Positions 41,801-56,900 of a stretch of DNA of 64,000 nucleotides are shown here, piece after piece; positions within the stretch are counted from its first letter, which is position 1; every line of letters begins with the position of its first letter. Under the pieces are notes generated by a model that worked only from the letters and a program-made list of their open reading frames with translations, was not told the DNA's origin and searched no databases. The stretch covers positions 102,424,001-102,488,000 of the forward strand of contig OX597817.1 of the NCBI GenBank assembly GCA_951406725.2, in the 5' to 3' direction. Origin of the DNA: Octopus vulgaris. Its lineage: Eukaryota. The position numbers and the translations under genes are program-made.

Positions 41801-42669
41801 CACTATTTTCGTCGTGTAATGTGGGTCGTTTTGCTTTCTAATAAGCGAGAATTTGTCAGGAGGCCTCCTTTCAAATTTCTGCTATTAAATAGTTTTCTTG
41901 AAAGAAAATTTCATATGTATGGACCCACCAATGAAGTTTCGTATTTTTAAAAGAAGATTTGTCATAATCGTTTTTCCAGGAATAATACCTAGTTTATTTC
42001 ATTCACTTGCAGAACTTATAATGATAGGCGTTGGTAATAGAAAAAATAATTACAAGGCAACTAACATGGAATCAACTTTCTCATTTAATAAATAGATCTA
42101 CGAGTACCATGACAGCTTAAAACCTATCGATATGCACCAAAGTATACCTTAGTTTGAAAATAAATTCAACTAACACAACAGTGGCTTAGATAACAGAAGT
42201 GACAGCCGAAAATGGGTTTAATGTTCAAATAAATCTACTTGATTTAGTTATAAGCGTAACAGCTGTGGCTTTAAATAAAATTCCACAACGACAGCTTTAC
42301 TGAAACTGTAGGTGATTCGAATGCTGATGAATGTACAATAAATCAGAAACGGTACCATCCAAGTGATGGTACCAAGTGTTCATGATGAGGATGTACAATA
42401 GATAATAACAGACGTTTACCACTCCGTAGTAAAGTTTAGTATGCTGGTATTTAGTACATGATGGCTGCCGGTGGTAAATGTTGGGGATTATTTAGAAGCT
42501 TTAGATAGATTACATCTGCATCAGCGAAAGTAATCGCCAAGCTGATGATTTTCACGCGTCTTAAATGTGTCCTTTCAGCCAAGCACTGAAAGTTATTGAA
42601 ATGTTCACGAATTAGACAGGTCAACTTTTCAATCGACAGATCAGTATGTAATGGCTAGATAGGTTAGCG

Positions 42670-42913
42670 CAATGGTTCTCAACCAGGGTCCATATAAAAT
42701 TTTGTTGTTAAAATTTATCAGCAATAAATTGGTTATATACTTCTGCAATGAACAAAATATTAAAAAACTTTTTTTAAATACAATTCCTTATAATATTCTA
42801 TTACAAAAATATGATATGATTTTTTTTTAAACATTGAATGGCTAGGAGAGTTCGTTCGAGTAAAAGAGGAATCAAAGTGGTCTCTATAGGTGAAAAATGG
42901 TTGAGAAACACGA
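42670..42913. mobile_element. hAT MITE (related to 7714-8047)
   Basis: TIRs CAATGGTTCTCAACC and GGTTGAGAAACAC; TSD GGTTAGCG/GGTTAGCT. Confidence 0.8.
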
Positions 42914-43579
42914 GGTTAGCTGATCATTATTTTTTTAGGCAGGCATAACTCCTGGTGGTAGAGCAACAAAGGTGATAGTTATGCCTTCCCCCAAAGCATT
43001 TACAAATAAAATGTTATGCTTCTAACGAAGAAACGAAACTAGATAGACGAGCATTTATCTCTATTGTATTCGAATCGCTTTTGTGTGTAATACATTAGTC
43101 TAGGTCAACCGTATATCTAGCAACCCCCTTTAGTTTGCGAGAAATAGATCGAAAACCAAGCACATGAAAATCCCTTATTTAGTGTACGGAAATTATACAA
43201 TCTCAATTAAATAAACAAACATGGCGTCTCTTTTTATATTTGCTCGTCAAAGCGAAAATAAAACACAATAGATCTTATGAATTGAAAAATATATTAGCTC
43301 ACACGAGACCTTAGTGAATGGTGCAACAACTTCCATGACCGACCAATTATTTTCTTCATCTAACATAATTTCACAGTCAAAACAGCTTTGCTTTAGACTT
43401 CTTTCCTTGTTAGTTTTCAGTGTTCATTGGTATACTATGAACACTATGGGTACAGAACTTCAAAATAACGATCAACATTATTTTATAAAATCTATAGCCC
43501 ATAATCAAATAACAGTAGATTAGTGTATTAATAGTGCAGAAACTGAAAAGTACAAGCAGCGAATAAGGTGACAAACGAT

Positions 43580-43666
<87 letters not shown>

Positions 43667-43784
43667 GTTTATACACTATACGTCTATCTTTTTAAAGAAG
43701 GGTTAAATACGCAAATAAGCATATTAACAATTTTCTCATTCTGTCTTCGAGTGTGTTTGTGTGTGTGAATGTATGTATGCGCGC

Positions 43785-43856
<72 letters not shown>

Positions 43857-43949
43857 CTATCTGTGTGTATATGTATATATGTGTGTGTGTGTATATAAGG
43901 TTTATCGTTTAAGTATTTGGTTTATTTTCCTCATTTCATATATGTATGT

Positions 43950-44680
43950 GTATGTGAACATAATTAATATTACATACTTAACGTTCGTGTGTTGTTTAAA
44001 TGCCTGGAGCTGCGGTTTTTCGTCCGCGAAAGATACTTCGAAAGACGTATAATATTAAAAAATTCAAAATACTTCAGAACATGGAGAAACTAAGTCGCAA
44101 TGGAAGTAAAGACGAGAGCGACAGTCACAGTGTTTCACTGTTTTGAAGCTTATCAATGCGACGCACTCGCCTTACTGCCGAAACGTAAGCATAATCACTA
44201 GTCAGAAGCATGAACGAAAAGAATAACTGAACATGAATGGCGTTTAAAATTTACGACAGGTATTTCGGTAGAATTCTATTTAATTGTAGTCGTAAAAGAT
44301 AACATCACATTATATGATACAATCCACTATCATCATGGAAAATTTTTTGAACAGGTAAGACTTTAAACAGTCGACCTGGACATAGACAACATTCGTTGGG
44401 CTATACGAATAGTGTAAACTCTATTTGTTGATTTGCAATTGCATCGTGTTTCGGTGAGCGCGCGGTATTGATAAGCTGCAAAAACAGCGAAATAATGTAT
44501 TTGTCGTTCTCGTCTTTACTTCCGGCCCGATATCGTTTACTTCACTCTGAAGTATTCTATGGTTTCTTTTTCTGTACGTCTTTAAAGGGATCTTTGCCAG
44601 ACGAAGAACCACGGCTCCTGGCGTTTAAGCAACACGTATACAGTAAATACGTAATGTTAGTAATGCTAACACTATAGAAC
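43950..44680. mobile_element. Old ORF-less inverted-repeat element with decayed hammerhead-like motifs
   Basis: About 43960-44190 is the diverged reverse complement of about 44440-44670. The right arm has TTGATAA-GCTG-caaaaa-CAGC-GAAA, and the left arm has a matching, more decayed copy. Confidence 0.6.
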
Positions 44681-44724
44681 TACTCCTGTTGCATAACTTG
44701 AATTCACACACACACACGCACGCA

Positions 44725-44770
<46 letters not shown>

Positions 44771-44774
<4 letters not shown>

Positions 44775-44982
44775 GGGCTAGCCAAAAATCACCCGACAGT
44801 AAATAAAAATTCCATAAATACTATTTGTAATTCTGTATTGACTCGAATGGAAAAATGTGTCGCTCAAGGACTTCAGTTTGAACAATTTTCATGATGTTTC
44901 ATATTTAGATGTTTTTAGTAAATTCATTCAGTTGTTAAACATAAATCTTGGGATTTACTGTCAGATGACTTTTGGCCAATCT

Positions 44983-44985
<3 letters not shown>
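44771..44985. mobile_element. Tc1/mariner-type MITE
   Basis: TA-CAGGGCTAGCCAAAAATCACCCGACAGTAAAT pairs with ATTTACTGTCAGATGACTTTTGGCCAATCTTG. Confidence 0.7.
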
Positions 44986-45030
<45 letters not shown>

Positions 45031-45569
45031 AGATTGGCCAAAAGTCATCTGACAGTAAATCCCAAGATATATATATATATATATATCTTAAAATACACGC
45101 ACAAACATACACACAACTCCAACACAGCCACACACATACACGCATATTCTTTTATTCTTAACCTCCAAGGTTTTCAGTCGGGTATATACTTTATCAACAT
45201 GTATTTATCGACCTGTCGGGTTATATTTATGATATAGAGGGACGCAACCGGACACAGTTAAACAGGCACAGACAAGAACATGAACATATATTCTACAGAC
45301 TAAGGTTATAGAATCAATCGCTTGAAATTTTATGGTCAGAAAGTATTCTATCAACAGATGACTAGTTTTACTGACTTCAAATGATGGAGATATTGATGTT
45401 GTGGTATTCATGCAATTTTCAAAATTATTAACCCTAGGCTAAGTGATACTGTAACGAGCAGAAAATAAACCTGTTTGCATACTCGGTTCACCAGTTTTTA
45501 TTCATATTAGACTACATAACTCTTGTCACAGACAAATGCCCATTTAACATATCTGGCTGTGTAGAGACA

Positions 45570-45735
45570 GAGGTATGGCTGTGTGGTTAGCAGTTTGTGC
45601 CCCGACCATATAGTTTCGGGTTCAGTCCCGCTGCGCGGTACCATGGGCTAGTGTCTTTTAATATCGCCATGGACCGACCAAAGCCTTGTCAGAGGATATG
45701 GCAAAGAGAAACTGAAAGAAGTCCGTTGTATATAT

Positions 45736-45777
<42 letters not shown>

Positions 45778-45978
45778 CGAGCGCCACATTTTGACAACCG
45801 GTGTTGGTTTGTTTACGTCCTCGAAACTTAGCAGTTTTGCAACTAGTAGCCTTTTTAAAGTACCAAACATTAAAATTAATAAGTTCTGGGGTCGATTTGT
45901 TCGGCTAAAGCCCCTCAGAGAAGTGCCCTCCCCCCAGCATGGCTGCAGTTCAATGACTGAAGAAAGTAGTAGATAAAA
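45570..45978 (+). mobile_element. SINE family A
   Basis: Homologous to 15010-15400. Confidence 0.8.
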
Positions 45979-46396
45979 GGTATGCATATGAATGAGCAGT
46001 GTGCCTGCTCATTTCTTTAATCTATGTAGCTATCATCTTTATTTAATAAAATCAGCTTAGTAAAGAGTCCATCATTACTACCACTTCATCTAAATTCCAC
46101 CGGTACAAGCAAGTGCGTTCTTGCTTTGCTATGTTCTATGTAGCCTTTCTTCTTTAGTTAATCCCTTTACCTTAAGTTACTCGGTAACTTGTACGCCAAT
46201 TGACTTTTTTCTTTTCATTTATGGTTTTGTTCTCTTGACACTAGGCTAGTTGTTTCATTTCGACAATAAAAAGGATATATGAGTGCGGCAATTTCGAAAA
46301 ATACTAGTTTAACCACTTCATGAAGAATGCATTGTCAAATCATTATTATTTACCCTTGTAATGTCACAATCCGTCTTCCTTATAGCATTAAAAAAA

Positions 46397-46444
<48 letters not shown>

Positions 46445-46446
<2 letters not shown>

Positions 46447-46625
46447 GGCGACAATCTGGCAGAATACGCTGGGCAAACACTTAGCGGCATTTCGTCCATC
46501 TTTACCTTCTGAGTTCAAATTCCGCCAAAGTCCATAATATAAATACCAGTTGAGCACTGGGGTCGTTGTCATCGACTTACCCCTTCACCCAAAATTGCTG
46601 GACGTTTACCAAAATTTGAAACCAC
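46445..46625 (+). mobile_element. SINE family B
   Basis: Family B head and body following (TTA)n. Confidence 0.75.
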
Positions 46626-46818
46626 TATTGTTATTGTTATTTGTGTCTGACATGAAAACATGTGACATATAGTGCCGCAGGTTTTTGGAATTTGAGCAAA
46701 TCGTAGCTGAAAAAACAAACAAAAGACTCTTTTAAAATTATTTCGCTGAGTAAACTCCTTTCTGGAACGTTTCTGGACAATTTCTCCGTACTGGGAAAAT
46801 AATAAAGTCTAACATTTA

Positions 46819-48854
46819 CTAGCTAAATGAGCCGGCGGTTACTGCTGGTCTTATTCAGATTAGTAAACAATAAATATAAAGATATATTTTCTCAATTATT
46901 TCAAAATATATATATCTTATTTTAAAATATCCAAATTGTAATCATAATAGAATTTCGAACAGAAAATCTGTTAATGTTGGAGCACCTCAGGGTAAACAAT
47001 ATTCATTGTGTAATTTTTTGTTGGTATCGAAATGAATAAATTGCTGCCGTTTCCAAGTCGCGAGCAAGCAACATAGAGTTGGCCGTAAGAGAAGCATGTA
47101 GTAAAGAGATCAAGTGCAACTACCCTGAGGGATCGACCCTGAGATTTGTTAATTGAAATACCAAAACTTAATTTAACTGGAAACTGAAGCGTCTTAAATT
47201 CAAATGGAACATCTGTAGGTATGAGTGAAATTTTTGAAATAAAGACATTTTCTCCTTTGTGACTACCTATTATGATTGTTGCCTGTAGCACACGAGGCTT
47301 CATGGAAGTAACAATTAAGCGAGTTCCTTTACACGGGTGAGATGGGTTAAGATTCCTAAGCAACATAATGGGAGTACAAAGTCTTAGTGTCAAGTTATGC
47401 GGTAGCATCCCAGTGGGTTTGAGTATGTTCAGAGATTCAACAAGATATTGAACAACCTGATCTTCATCGACTGTTGACAGTTGATCGAAAAGTCATTTCT
47501 GATGTAATTGCCAAATTTTGAAGAAGTTCATGATTGTGTTTATCAACCATTTCATTAGTTGGAGCCAGTATAGCTCTTTCACATAGCCAGCTTACATCAG
47601 TGTAATTGACAGATAAATTAGGAAATACATTATCCATAAGGTCCCCAAGAGAAAGAATCATTTGATCGCATGTAATTTAATGTAGCTGAAGTCTTGAGAT
47701 GATTGTTAATATCCCATTACCAACCTTAAGAAACTCATATGATCACCTTGTAGAAGTACTCTCATGCTGCTTGTAAGATGAACTTTTTTCACATGTCTCC
47801 AAAGGTTCGATTTTTTTAAAGCATGCATTGACCTCATCAGTGTTTGATCCTTTGGGGATAACTGACAACGTTTGACGAAAATCTGCAAGAACTGTTACCC
47901 CTTCCACGAGCGTGCTATTGTTTTTTAGTCTTAGAGAGTACGGTCAAGTGCCTTTAGAGCTCCACGGTGTGACATTGTGTACTCATCCCAAACAATGAGG
48001 AAAGTTTGTGGGAGAACTGCAGAGTTTTTTGAAATGTTGCACACTTGAGATTCTTTCATTGCAAGGTTTAGAGGGAGCTTGAACATAGAATGAGCAGTTC
48101 TTCCACCATCGAGGAGGGTAGCTGCAATACCAAAAGATGCAACACTGGAAGAAGGTTAGATTTTATTGGAAGAAGGTTAGATTTCTTCCCATTTAGGATT
48201 GCAGGTGAAAGTGACAAAACGATCTGGTTTTCCTGATTGTTCATTCGCGCATATATCGAGGACTATCTGTGAATTATATGATGGGAGGATTATACGTTGC
48301 CCAATGTTTTGAATATCACCATCTGTCCTCAGAGCATTTTGGAAATGAACATAATTTTTAGCCCTTAACTTTTTTTGATTCTTACGAATGCAGAAAAGAC
48401 GTTCACTCACAACTTTAGCATACATGTCAACCAGGTATTGTTGAAATAGATCACGATGCATGTGTAATTGATTTGATTGTTTTGTTCTTAACATCAGTTG
48501 GTAAGAATAGAAGTCATTTGACGACACCTTTTAGTAATTCGCGCTTGCGTTGTAGGTTCAATTTGTGGAATATTAAAATGATATCCATCTTGTCCATTCC
48601 ACAAAATAAGAGGTTACTGGAGAGCATCATAAGAGCCTCTGAAACACATTTAAAGTTGTTATCTCGAGCACGAATGAGAATATCACGATTTTCATGGGGA
48701 TCACCTACCTATTTCTTTACATTTTTTAAAAATACCAATTTCTTTACTCATGGGGATCACCTACCGTAAGGATGGCTACATCATCAGATGTGGGCTCATT
48801 AAAACGATGTAAAATTTCTTTCACTATAGTTTACTATAGACGTAACGAACACAG

Positions 48855-48888
<34 letters not shown>

Positions 48889-49514
48889 ACAGACACATAC
48901 ACACTCATACACATATATGTATGTGTAGATGTGTGTGTGTGTGTGTGTGCTTAATTGTCTGAGGCGTAACGTACAAAAATGATCACACAAACAGTCGCAC
49001 ACACATACACTCTGACATACACTCACATGCTTATACTAAGACAGACACAGTGAGACATACATTCACGCACATCTCAGGCGTATCTCTGTCCCTATGTGTG
49101 TAGCTCTTTCTCTTTAGATGTGCGTGTGCGTATCAGTCCTCGCAAAAATGTATGTATATTCACACACATACACTGTCACATACACTCGCACACATATACT
49201 TCCCAGTAATCGGTCTATAATGTACGTAACGAACGCACAAACATACAAACATACACACACTTACAGGCACATACACACTCATATGGAAAATGTGACGTCG
49301 TCGTCGTCGTGGTATGAAATATCACTTACGATAGTTGGCTTATAGAAAGATTGTTAAATTTTTTGTAATACAAATATGTAAATGAAAATTAAATTCATTT
49401 GGTAGCCGAAAGACTACTGAATCTTTTGATACCTCATACGTCATATACATATACTAAGACAGACACAGAGCGACATACATTCACGCACACCTCAGGCGTA
49501 TCTCTGCCCCCCCC

Positions 49515-49558
<44 letters not shown>

Positions 49559-49970
49559 GTCTTTAGATGTGTATATGTGCGCGCGCGTGTGTGTGTGAGT
49601 CGTCACAAAAATGTATGTATATTGACACACACATACATCGTCACATACACTCACGCACATATACTTCTCTGTCATCGGACTAAAGTACGTAATGAACACA
49701 CAAACACACGCACACTCACAGACACATACTCATATAGAGCGTGTCGTCGTCATCGACGTTATCGTGCGTGGTATAAAATGTCGTTTACAATAGTTAACTT
49801 ATAGAAAATTATAATGTTAAATGCTTGTAATGCAAATATGTAAATAAAAAATAAAGTTCATTTGGTAGCCGAAAGATTACTGAATCATTTGATACCCCAT
49901 ACGTCAAAATCGGCTACTAAGTTTTCGAATGCATAAGGAACACAGACACGTACACATACACACACACTCT

Positions 49971-50029
<59 letters not shown>

Positions 50030-50066
50030 TTTATATATTAAGATTTCAAATGCATAAGGAACATAT

Positions 50067-50121
<55 letters not shown>

Positions 50122-50141
50122 CTCTGCTTTATATATTAAGA
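46819..50141 (-). mobile_element. Helitron with internally deleted, decayed RepHel gene
   Basis: Minus-strand A|TCTTAATATATAAAG start at 50141; hairpin plus CTAG|T end at 46819. Rep-upstream motifs LFQQYLVDMYAKV and GKPDRFVTFTCNPKW. PIF1 helicase motifs RAILAPTN, QFPVKLSFGISINKSQG, GQLYVACSR and NIVYPEVL. Confidence 0.92.
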
Positions 50142-50947
50142 TAACATTTTTAAACATTCATTCACTGTGGGTGCATTCAATTTAAGATAACACATATTAA
50201 CTGGAAAGAGACCTATCCTCAATAATTCAACTTGAGTACAACTGAACAGAAATAAATAGATAAAAAAAGAAATATACTGACAATGAATATATAATAAAAA
50301 CTGAGCATAAATATTATGGGAAGGAGCACCCCCGCTGTCGAGGAAGGAAATATTGATATTTTTCTGTATTTATTAAAACCAGTAAGGACAGGTATAGTAA
50401 CAGTTTAATAACAACAATGAAACACACTCCCACACACTGAAATACATATTTTGTTGAGTACGAACGTTAATAGAAATGGTGGTAGTTTTACTGACAACAC
50501 TTCTGGATAGAACCCAGTCAGAGTAAGAAGCGTGGCAGCAGCGTGTCACAAAGGTGCGTACTTCCTTACCTGAGGATTTTTACTCAAGAATGGACAATGA
50601 AAAAGTTGATATACTTATGTCTCATGAAAAGTAAAACGAGCAACTCTTGGACAATGTATGGAATTTTGAGATACAACAGGCAAAAGTGTCTGCCTGGTTC
50701 ACGAGACCATTTACTATACATACGTGCGTGTGCGTGTGTGTATGAGTGCGTGCATGCATACATGTAGGTATATATGTACATTGTGTGTATGCATGTATGT
50801 ATTGAGTTCAATTTCTACCAAGGGTATCAATGCATTTCATTGTTAGAAATCATTGCAATTATTATTGTTGCTTTATATATAAAACTGCAGACATGCTTTG
50901 ACGGTCCCATACTTTATTCGTCTTATAAGGGTCGGAGAGTTGAAGTA

Positions 50948-50994
<47 letters not shown>

Positions 50995-51007
50995 GTGTGT
51001 TAGTGTG

Positions 51008-51045
<38 letters not shown>

Positions 51046-51729
51046 GTCAAATTGCTTGTGAGGGGTGTCAAACGGGAGTTTTTATTCCCGCTGAAAATTT
51101 TTATGTTCATTTGAAGTTGTTCAGTAAAATACCCATTCAAAGTAGTGGACCATCAAGAAAACAACAGATAACAACCTGCAAGCTCTCTCACCTCTTAAAT
51201 TGCAGCCAGGCCTTCTGGCTCTTTGCATCTACTAACATTACCATTGCAAAATACTCCTCTTTTCAAACTTACTGCCAGTTCTAGTGAATATTTTGTCCTG
51301 TAAAAGGCTTTTTTCATTCTCAAGGGGAAAAAAATCCTTGCATGAGATAAAAAGGTGTAAAACAACTTAGTCAGCTCAGTGCGCTCCTTGTTGGACTGAT
51401 GGATGCCTGCATTCGAACTCTTACTTCTCATCAGTACCAGATAGAAAAATAGCGATAACATTGACCAACAGAACCTAATGTATTAATATCTGTAATATTT
51501 AGGATTACAAGCTTTTAGTTTTTCACAACTCTATGAGATCATGAAATAACTATTAGTAAATATATAAATATATTGACGTCAACTCAGTAGGTTAGTCGTA
51601 CTTTGTTAGAAAAGCAATACCATAAAATAAACAAAGAAACCAACATCACCCGTATAGTGATTCCTGTTAAGGATAGCACATTTCACTGACAGCCTGAAAG
51701 TGAAGAGCTACCTTATTCATAGAACTCTT

Positions 51730-51925
51730 TCAGGCAGCGAGCAGCCTGAATCGGGAGCACGCCGGACAAAATGTTTAGCGGTATTTCTTCTGGTTTTACA
51801 TTCTGAGTTCAACTTCCACTGCGGTAGACTTTGCCTTTCGCCCTTCGGAGTTGAGTATTGGAGCCGATATACTTTATCAGCCCCTTCTCCAAAAATTTCA
51901 GGCTTTGTGCTTATAATAGAAAGGA
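51730..51925 (+). mobile_element. SINE family B (diverged)
   Basis: Homologous to 37700-37872. Confidence 0.7.
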
Positions 51926-53858
51926 TTATTAGAAACCATTCAAGGAAACCAATCTAAACTTATTCTTGAAAATATACGATTTATGAAAGAATTCAATTTT
52001 GAAGATGTCTTACTATTTTTAAGATTTTTAAACGAGTGAAAGTGTAAATGAGGTAGCTATCTGCAAAATATGGAATAATTGAATAGTTAACTTGGAGTAC
52101 TTGTATTGAGAAAGAAATTATAAAGCACAACACTAGAAAAAAATAACTAAACGAAACACTAAAATTAGTTTGTGATGGTATTTTAAGAAGTAGGAGTTTT
52201 AAAGCTATTTGATAGCTGGGTAGGTCGTAAAGTGCTAATTTGATTTCAAATAAATTTGATAACGTTGACTCCGCAAAACAAACACATGTTTCGTCGGAAT
52301 TTTGCTATTGAATTCCGGCCGGCCATGATGGGGCTTTTGTTGAGGTTTTATGAATCGTGTTTAAATCACAGTCGGACTGGACGCTTGGCTGAGCTAGGCA
52401 GACATCTGTCAGACTTCATCCTTTTGCTTCATATCACTTTATCTTTCTTGTTCTGCTTGAACTGTATATTTTCTTTAGAAAGTTGTCAAAAGATTTTGTC
52501 AAACTTTCGGTAATAGACTCAAGGTGCGTGTATCGATAGATAACCAACTTATCAGCTCGTACAATCGTGAATTATCTTTGGTTCATTTTAAGCAACATAT
52601 AGTGTAGATTTTTTTTAATGTCCCTTTCCTTCATGTTCCGCCTTTTTTATTACCTTTCTACATGTCGTTATTTTTCGAAATTTTCTGCCTCGACATCAAA
52701 CTAATGTTTATGCCCTTTTTTCCATACATTCACGCTCATTCTCCTCGCTCTACTGGCTTGTCAAAAATTACCAACATGGTAAGCATTTTAACTAACTACA
52801 TCAAACCCACTCCTCTGCTTATTTTTGTAACTGACAAGATTATTTTCTCGCCAGTCTGTCCCCATCATCCCTTTCACAATCTACTTTCCTCATTATACCT
52901 TTTAACCTTACTATCACTGATTGCATCTCAAAACCATTTATCTAATGGTCACTCTGCTCTCTTTATTGAGTTCGATCTTATCAAAAGATACTATCACATC
53001 TTATCAATGTAAATACACTAAACATGACCATATAAATCCAGTCGAATGTGTTGAAGTATTGTTAACTTGAAGGGTCCGTTCGTATCTCAAGATAGATACA
53101 TTATCTACAAATTATGATACGTAACAATTGATTTATTCAAAGATTTTCTTTCTTTAATACACCTCGCCGCAAAAATGTTCACATGCTTAAAACACATAAA
53201 TACATACATACCAGTATACAAAAATACATACATACATACATACATATATACACATATATACATATGCATGCTTCCATACATAAATAGATATATATTCACA
53301 CACATTCATACCCACACGCATTAGTGAAGACGAACAGGAGAAAGAAGAGTACTCAATATCTGAAGAAGAATTACTATTATATAAGCCAGTCAACTGATTT
53401 CTAACTGTCTGAAATTAGCATTTTAAACAACTGCCGCCACGCCTTTGCCATCCGCCACCCGTTTTGATTAGTTCGCTGAACTCACTTTTCAGCACAATCT
53501 TCCATAACACTAGTGGCGCAACACAAGCTGAAACGACCAGAAATCAACTGCATTTCAGGTTTTATATAAGAGTTTACCTTCTAGAAGTAAGTTCTAACGT
53601 CAATTCGGGGTCCTTCACTCTTTGTGGTTCACATGCTAGTTATCACATAACTAGGACCCTAACATGTGCTACTATTCTGGATCATAATAAACCTGGGAAC
53701 AACAATGGCTAAGAAATTGATTCCGTACTCCTCAAAAGCCCGGTTTTCCTGTACCAGGGTTCCACTACCTGATGCAGTTTGAATTCATACCCATTCATAC
53801 ATACATGCATACATATATACATACATAATACATATATACATACATACATACATACATG

Positions 53859-53898
<40 letters not shown>

Positions 53899-53901
<3 letters not shown>

Positions 53902-56900
53902 CATCGATCACCCCTCCAGCTCTCTCACCACCACCGCCTTCTTTAAACCTACGGATTCCCACCTCTATCTCAACTTCTCTTCCTCCCACCCCTTCCACAC
54001 CAAACGAGCCATCCCCTACTCCCAGTTCCTCCGCCTCCGACGTTTGTGCAGCCGCGACCAGGATTTCGAGACCCAATCTCAATACCTGGCCCGCATGTTC
54101 AGACTCCGAGGTTACCCACCCACACTCCTCTCTGATGCCCTCACCCGCGCCCGTCGCATCGACCGCACTACCGCCTTGTCTCCTTCCCCCCGCCCACCCC
54201 CAACCGCACCCCCTTCCCCCTCCTTTTCCACCCCTCTACCCTACCCCTTCGTCGCAAGATACTACGTGCCTTCCGTCGCCTCCAGCTTGATCCCACCACC
54301 CGCCCCATTTTCCCTAACCCACCCCTGTCCTCTTTCAAACGAGCCCGCAATCTGCGTGACCTCCTGGTCCACAGCACCCTCTCCCCTTCCCCCTCAGCCC
54401 CACACGGATCATTCCCTTGCTCTAGATCCCGCTGCAACACTTGCCCCTTCATCACCAACACCACCGCTGTCACCGGCTCCAACCTGCATACTGTACGCAT
54501 TAGGCACTCTTTTACGTGCACCTCGTCTGGCCTTATTTACTGCATTAAATGCAACCTATGCGGGATGCTGTATGTAGGTCAGACGGGACGCCGGTTGTCC
54601 GACCGTTTCACTGAACACTTGAGGGACGTTCGCCTACACTCTTTTTCTCCCGTCGCACGCCACTTCCGCTCGGCCGGCCATTCCCGAGATGACATCTCAG
54701 TGTTTGGTCTCGCCCCCCACAATGGTCGCCCACTTTCCAGGCTCCACTTGGAGCAACGCTACATCTTCACCCTACAAACTACCACCCCACACGGACTTAA
54801 CACAGCCCCCTCCTCTTGAGACCGTTTTTTTTTTTTTTTTTTTTTTTTTTCCGGACACACCACCCACACACACCCACCCACCTACCTCCCACCCACCTAC
54901 CTACCTCCCACACGCCTGTTCACACACACACATACGTAGACCCATCTACGTACATACATTCACACATTTAATCACACACACTTACAGACACACATGCACA
55001 TACACACACACATACATACACACACGCATACATACTTACACACACACACACACACAGACATACATACACACATACACACACACATACATACGCACATACA
55101 TACACACACACTCACACACACACACCGCACGTACATACCTCACACACACACACATGCACACATACATGTAGGCACATACATACATACATACCCACACATG
55201 CACACCCGTACACTGAATGCACACACACATACACCTTTTTGCATCCAGGCAGCCCCCCTCTTTTCTGCTTTCCGGTTTTGGCTGATGGATCCTCGGTTCC
55301 CGCGTAGCGGGGCGTTCGAGGGCCTTTGCGCTCGCGCGCCTTGGCGCGCGCTGGGGGCTCGGTCGGCCCCTTTGGGCTTGCGTTGCACTGCTTGTGCGTT
55401 GTGTGCGTGAGCGCGCTTCGTGTGTGTGGGCTTGCTTCGGATGTGCGCTTGCGTATGTTTGCATACATACCCACACACTCGCATGCATCCCTACCCACAT
55501 ACATACACGCACACCTACTCACACACACACATACACACACACACATACCCGCACACACACACACATACATACATACACACACATACCCACTTCAGACATA
55601 CACACACACAGACATACACCCATACACCCACACTCACACGCATACACACACACACATACACACGCACACGTACACATACACACACACACACACCCACATA
55701 CATACATTACACTTGTATACGCACACACTTACATTCATACACACACACACCTACACAGCCATACCCTCACTCAGACACACACATCTACCTACACACACAC
55801 AAACACACACTGACACACACCCATACATAGATACATCTACACACTCACGCCTACACACATACATACACACATACATAAACACACACACATACACATACAC
55901 ACACATACGCACACACGCATATACTTATACACATGCACACACACACACATACATACACCCATATACATACACACACACATACCTACATACTCCTATACGC
56001 ACATACATACACACAGACATACACACATACACACTCACACAAACATACACACACACATACTTACACACACACTCACCTGCACGCGCACACACATGCATGA
56101 CAAACACTCATACACTCACACTCACATACGCACACACCAACATAAACACGCACACGCACACACACACCTACACTCCCACACACATACACACGCACCTACA
56201 TACACACACGCACGCATACACACGCATACACACATACATTACACACGTACACACACACCTACATACACATGCACACACACACACACACAAACATGCACGG
56301 ACACACCCAGACATACATACATACACCTATATACACACGCCTACACACCTACATACACACACATATACACACGCCCACACAGCTACATACACACACATAC
56401 ATACACACATACACGGACACACCCATACATACTTACATACATACACCTATACACACACGCCTACACACCTACACACACACATGCACACACACACACATGT
56501 ACGCACATACACACACATATACGCACACACATATATACCCACACACATGCACACACACACACATACGCACATACATGCACGCATGCACACGCGCACACCT
56601 ACACGCATACACACACACACACGCACGTACACATACATACATACACACACGCATACATACACCCATACACATACATGCATCCTACACACACATACATACA
56701 CACTCACACATACATACACACACACGCACTCACTCACACACCTGTATGTTCGCGCACACACATGCACATACACACACTTCCCCACACCCACACGTACATA
56801 CATACACACTCATACACACATACACACACACACACACACACGGACATACATCTATGCACACACATATATACACACATACTTACATACATTCATCGGACAC

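Noticed and set aside
42320-42360. CTGATGA...GAAACGGTA hammerhead-like string
   Set aside because: No stem II pairing is possible and stem I is out of register.
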